Assembly (NCBI GenBank): GCA_964640345.1
Contig: CAZXFU010000006.1
Location: 9,645-30,573 of the forward strand
Source of the DNA: an uncultured Eubacteriales bacterium
Lineage (GTDB): Bacteria; Bacillota; Clostridia; TANB77; RGIG9151
Length of the DNA stretch: 20,929 nt
Direction of reading: 5' to 3'
The notes beneath the pieces are model-generated. The model was not told the DNA's origin, made no database searches, and saw only the letters and a list, made by a program, of their open reading frames with translations. A program made the position numbers and the translations under genes. Below, piece by piece: positions 19,085 through 20,929 of this stretch (positions are counted from its first letter, which is position 1; every line of letters starts with the position of its first letter).

Positions 19085-19312
19085 TTATTTAAAATTAACA
19101 CTTATCTTCTTTGCGTCAACATTGCGAAGTGCAATAACTGTTCCTCTAATACTATATGCAATAGGGTCTTTTGCAGGGCTTTTAAAAACCGGCATAACCT
19201 TTGCCCCCACTGTAAAGCCCAAATCCAAAAATCTTCTTCTAAGATTTCCGGTAAAATCAAGAGAAGTAATTTCCCCGGTACTGTTTAGAGGAATCTCGTT
19301 TAATGTAGCCAT
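19085..19312 (-). CDS. feoA: FeoA-domain protein (stand-alone, no feoB in window)
   Basis: 75 aa. PLNSTGEITSLDFTGNLRRRFLDLGFTVGAKVMPVFKSPAKDPIAYSIRGTVIALRNVDAKKISV matches the FeoA SH3-like pattern (G..g.I..., rrL.dlGf.pG..v, gdPi...v.g..ialR...A..I.V). AGAGAGGTAG SD lies upstream. Confidence 0.85.
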   Translation of the reverse strand: MATLNEIPLNSTGEITSLDFTGNLRRRFLDLGFTVGAKVMPVFKSPAKDPIAYSIRGTVIALRNVDAKKISVNFK

Positions 19313-19349
19313 ATAATCTACCTCTCTTCTTTACATTATATGTCCGACA

Positions 19350-19727
19350 TTAAACAATTGTCCGTATAAAATTAGACAAATATGTCATCGGAATTCCGAA
19401 CAAAAACCAAATTCCTGAATAAAGTAAACACACCTGACCCAATAGATTAAACGGTAGTCCCGCATAACTCCAAACATTTAGCCTAAAAACAATATTTACA
19501 AAATATCCCACCACAAATTCAAGTGACGTAATAATAAACATAGAAAAAAAGCATTTACCAAACAAACCAATATTTAGTGAAAAATTCATTAAATAAAACA
19601 GTAAAAAACAAACTCCGCCCGTTAACGCCATTGTCCAATGAGTATAGCCTCTAAAAACAATTTCTATCAAACTATACAGTAAGCTCCCTGTAAAATACAC
19701 AAAGCATAGCTCTTTAAAAGAAAACAT
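19350..19727 (-). CDS. Small polytopic membrane protein, resembles the 'putative ABC-transporter type IV' (DUF1113/PF06541-like) family
   Basis: 125 aa with about 4 TM segments. The motifs YSLIEIVFRGYTHW and LNVWSYAGLPFNLLGQVCLLYSGIWFLFG resemble that family's E..xRG and WDYS...N..G.I.L..S..W motifs, from memory. AAGGAG SD lies 8 nt upstream. Confidence 0.7.
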   Translation of the reverse strand: MFSFKELCFVYFTGSLLYSLIEIVFRGYTHWTMALTGGVCFLLFYLMNFSLNIGLFGKCFFSMFIITSLEFVVGYFVNIVFRLNVWSYAGLPFNLLGQVCLLYSGIWFLFGIPMTYLSNFIRTIV

Positions 19728-19798
19728 ACCTTTAACTCCTTAAAAGTATGTTTTCCACTCCTCTTTTTTCTATTCACAAAAAAATAACAACTCTTTTA

Positions 19799-20929
19799 TT
19801 ATTTTTTTGCTTCTTCTTTTTCTCGTGCCATAGCAAGCATAAGCTTTATTCTGTTTTCCTGATTAACCTTAGTTGCACCGGGATCATAATCAATAGTAAC
19901 AATATTTGCGTTTGGATAAGTTTCTCTAATCTTTCTAATCATGCCCTTACCACAAATATGATTTGGCAAACAGCCAAACGGTTGAGTACAAACAATATTT
20001 TCGTATCCTTCTTCAACAAGCTCCATCATCTCGGCAGTAAGAAGCCAACCCTCTCCCATCTTATTGCCATACCCAATAATACCCTTAACCAACTTTTTCG
20101 ATTCCTGATATGGAGTTGGCGGTAAAAACTTGTTATACTTCTTAACTGCATTAATAAGTTGCGTTTCAAGATTTGTAAAATACTTAATAAGCATCATAAC
20201 AAACCTCTCCTTTATTATATTTCCGCCATATAGCTTGCAATCCTCAAGTCTGTTATCCACCTTAAACAGTAAGAAACTAAGAAGCCCCGGAATCATAACT
20301 TCGCAATCATAAGATGCCAAAAAGTCCTCTAAATTATTATTGCCAAGGCTTGAATACTTAATATAAATTTCTCCGACAACGCCAACTTTTATTTTATCTG
20401 TCTTCTCAATCCTTATCTTGTTAAAGTCATCAACAATATCGCTTAAATTTAATTTTAGCTCCTCCATCTTATACCCATGACCACTCTTAAACTGGTCGCA
20501 AAGCTTAATAATCCATTTATTAACCAAATGCTCACTTGAACCCTTTTTTACCTCATAAGGCTTTACCTGGTTATTTAGTAGCATCAATAAATCACCATAA
20601 ACGACCCCGGCTAAAAGCTTTCTTAATAAAGAAAAGGTAATTTTAAATCCGCTGTTACCCTCAAGTCCGGAAAGATTAAACGAAATAACCGGAATTTGAG
20701 GATACCCCGCCTTTTTTAATGCCTTTCTCAGTAAATGAATATAATTTGAAGCACGACATCCGCCACCCGTTTGAGTAATAATAAGCGAAACATTATTAAC
20801 ATCATACTTACCGCTCTCTATTGCACTTATCATTTGCCCAATAACAAGGAGTGCCGGATAACAAGTATCGTTATGAACATACTTTAACCCTGTCTCAACA
20901 ACCTCAGGGCCTACATTTGTTAATAATTC
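19799..20929 (-). CDS. C-terminal part of a 2-hydroxyacyl-CoA dehydratase / CoA-enzyme-activase-related protein (N-terminus beyond window)
   Basis: The track starts at an internal Met (20833). Manual translation upstream (…ELLTNVGPEVVETGLKYVHNDTCYPALLVIGQ-MISAIESGKYD…) stays open to 20929. HNDTCYPA...GKYD...TQTGGGCRASNY is characteristic of the uncharacterised C-terminal domains of large clostridial BcrAD/BadFG-activase fusion proteins, from memory. Confidence 0.8.
   Translation of the reverse strand, partial: ELLTNVGPEVVETGLKYVHNDTCYPALLVIGQMISAIESGKYDVNNVSLIITQTGGGCRASNYIHLLRKALKKAGYPQIPVISFNLSGLEGNSGFKITFSLLRKLLAGVVYGDLLMLLNNQVKPYEVKKGSSEHLVNKWIIKLCDQFKSGHGYKMEELKLNLSDIVDDFNKIRIEKTDKIKVGVVGEIYIKYSSLGNNNLEDFLASYDCEVMIPGLLSFLLFKVDNRLEDCKLYGGNIIKERFVMMLIKYFTNLETQLINAVKKYNKFLPPTPYQESKKLVKGIIGYGNKMGEGWLLTAEMMELVEEGYENIVCTQPFGCLPNHICGKGMIRKIRETYPNANIVTIDYDPGATKVNQENRIKLMLAMAREKEEAKK

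Overview
This is an AT-rich, Firmicutes/Clostridia-type chromosomal segment, and every convincing gene lies on the minus strand. Most of it is core housekeeping. It holds a complete F1Fo ATP synthase operon (atpB-E-F-H-A-G-D-C, no atpI), a DUF177/YceD-like gene and an alpha/beta-type small acid-soluble spore protein, which implies a spore-former. It also holds a type-2-looking isoleucyl-tRNA synthetase behind a T-box leader with an AUC specifier, clpB, and a ylxM-ffh SRP operon. The right edge carries the C-terminal part of a large 2-hydroxyacyl-CoA-dehydratase/activase-related protein, followed by a small membrane protein and a lone FeoA-domain protein.

The ORF track misses two edge-truncated genes. 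One is a >=422-aa minus-strand ORF running off the left edge (1..1268) with 45-bp in-frame tandem repeats. The other is the rightmost gene, which stays open to 20929. Several track starts (GTG/TTG extensions) look too long and were trimmed to starts preceded by an SD motif.

I see no CRISPR array, transposase/integrase, tRNA/rRNA gene or recognisable defence or mobile system. The candidates for something undescribed are modest:
- a 111-aa ORF translationally coupled between ylxM and ffh;
- a ribbon-helix-helix protein with an unknown C-terminal domain, tightly linked upstream of clpB;
- a separately promoted two-gene module of unknown function after atpC;
- a Cys-rich small protein next to the SASP gene.

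All functional calls rest on motif recognition by eye. No searches were run.
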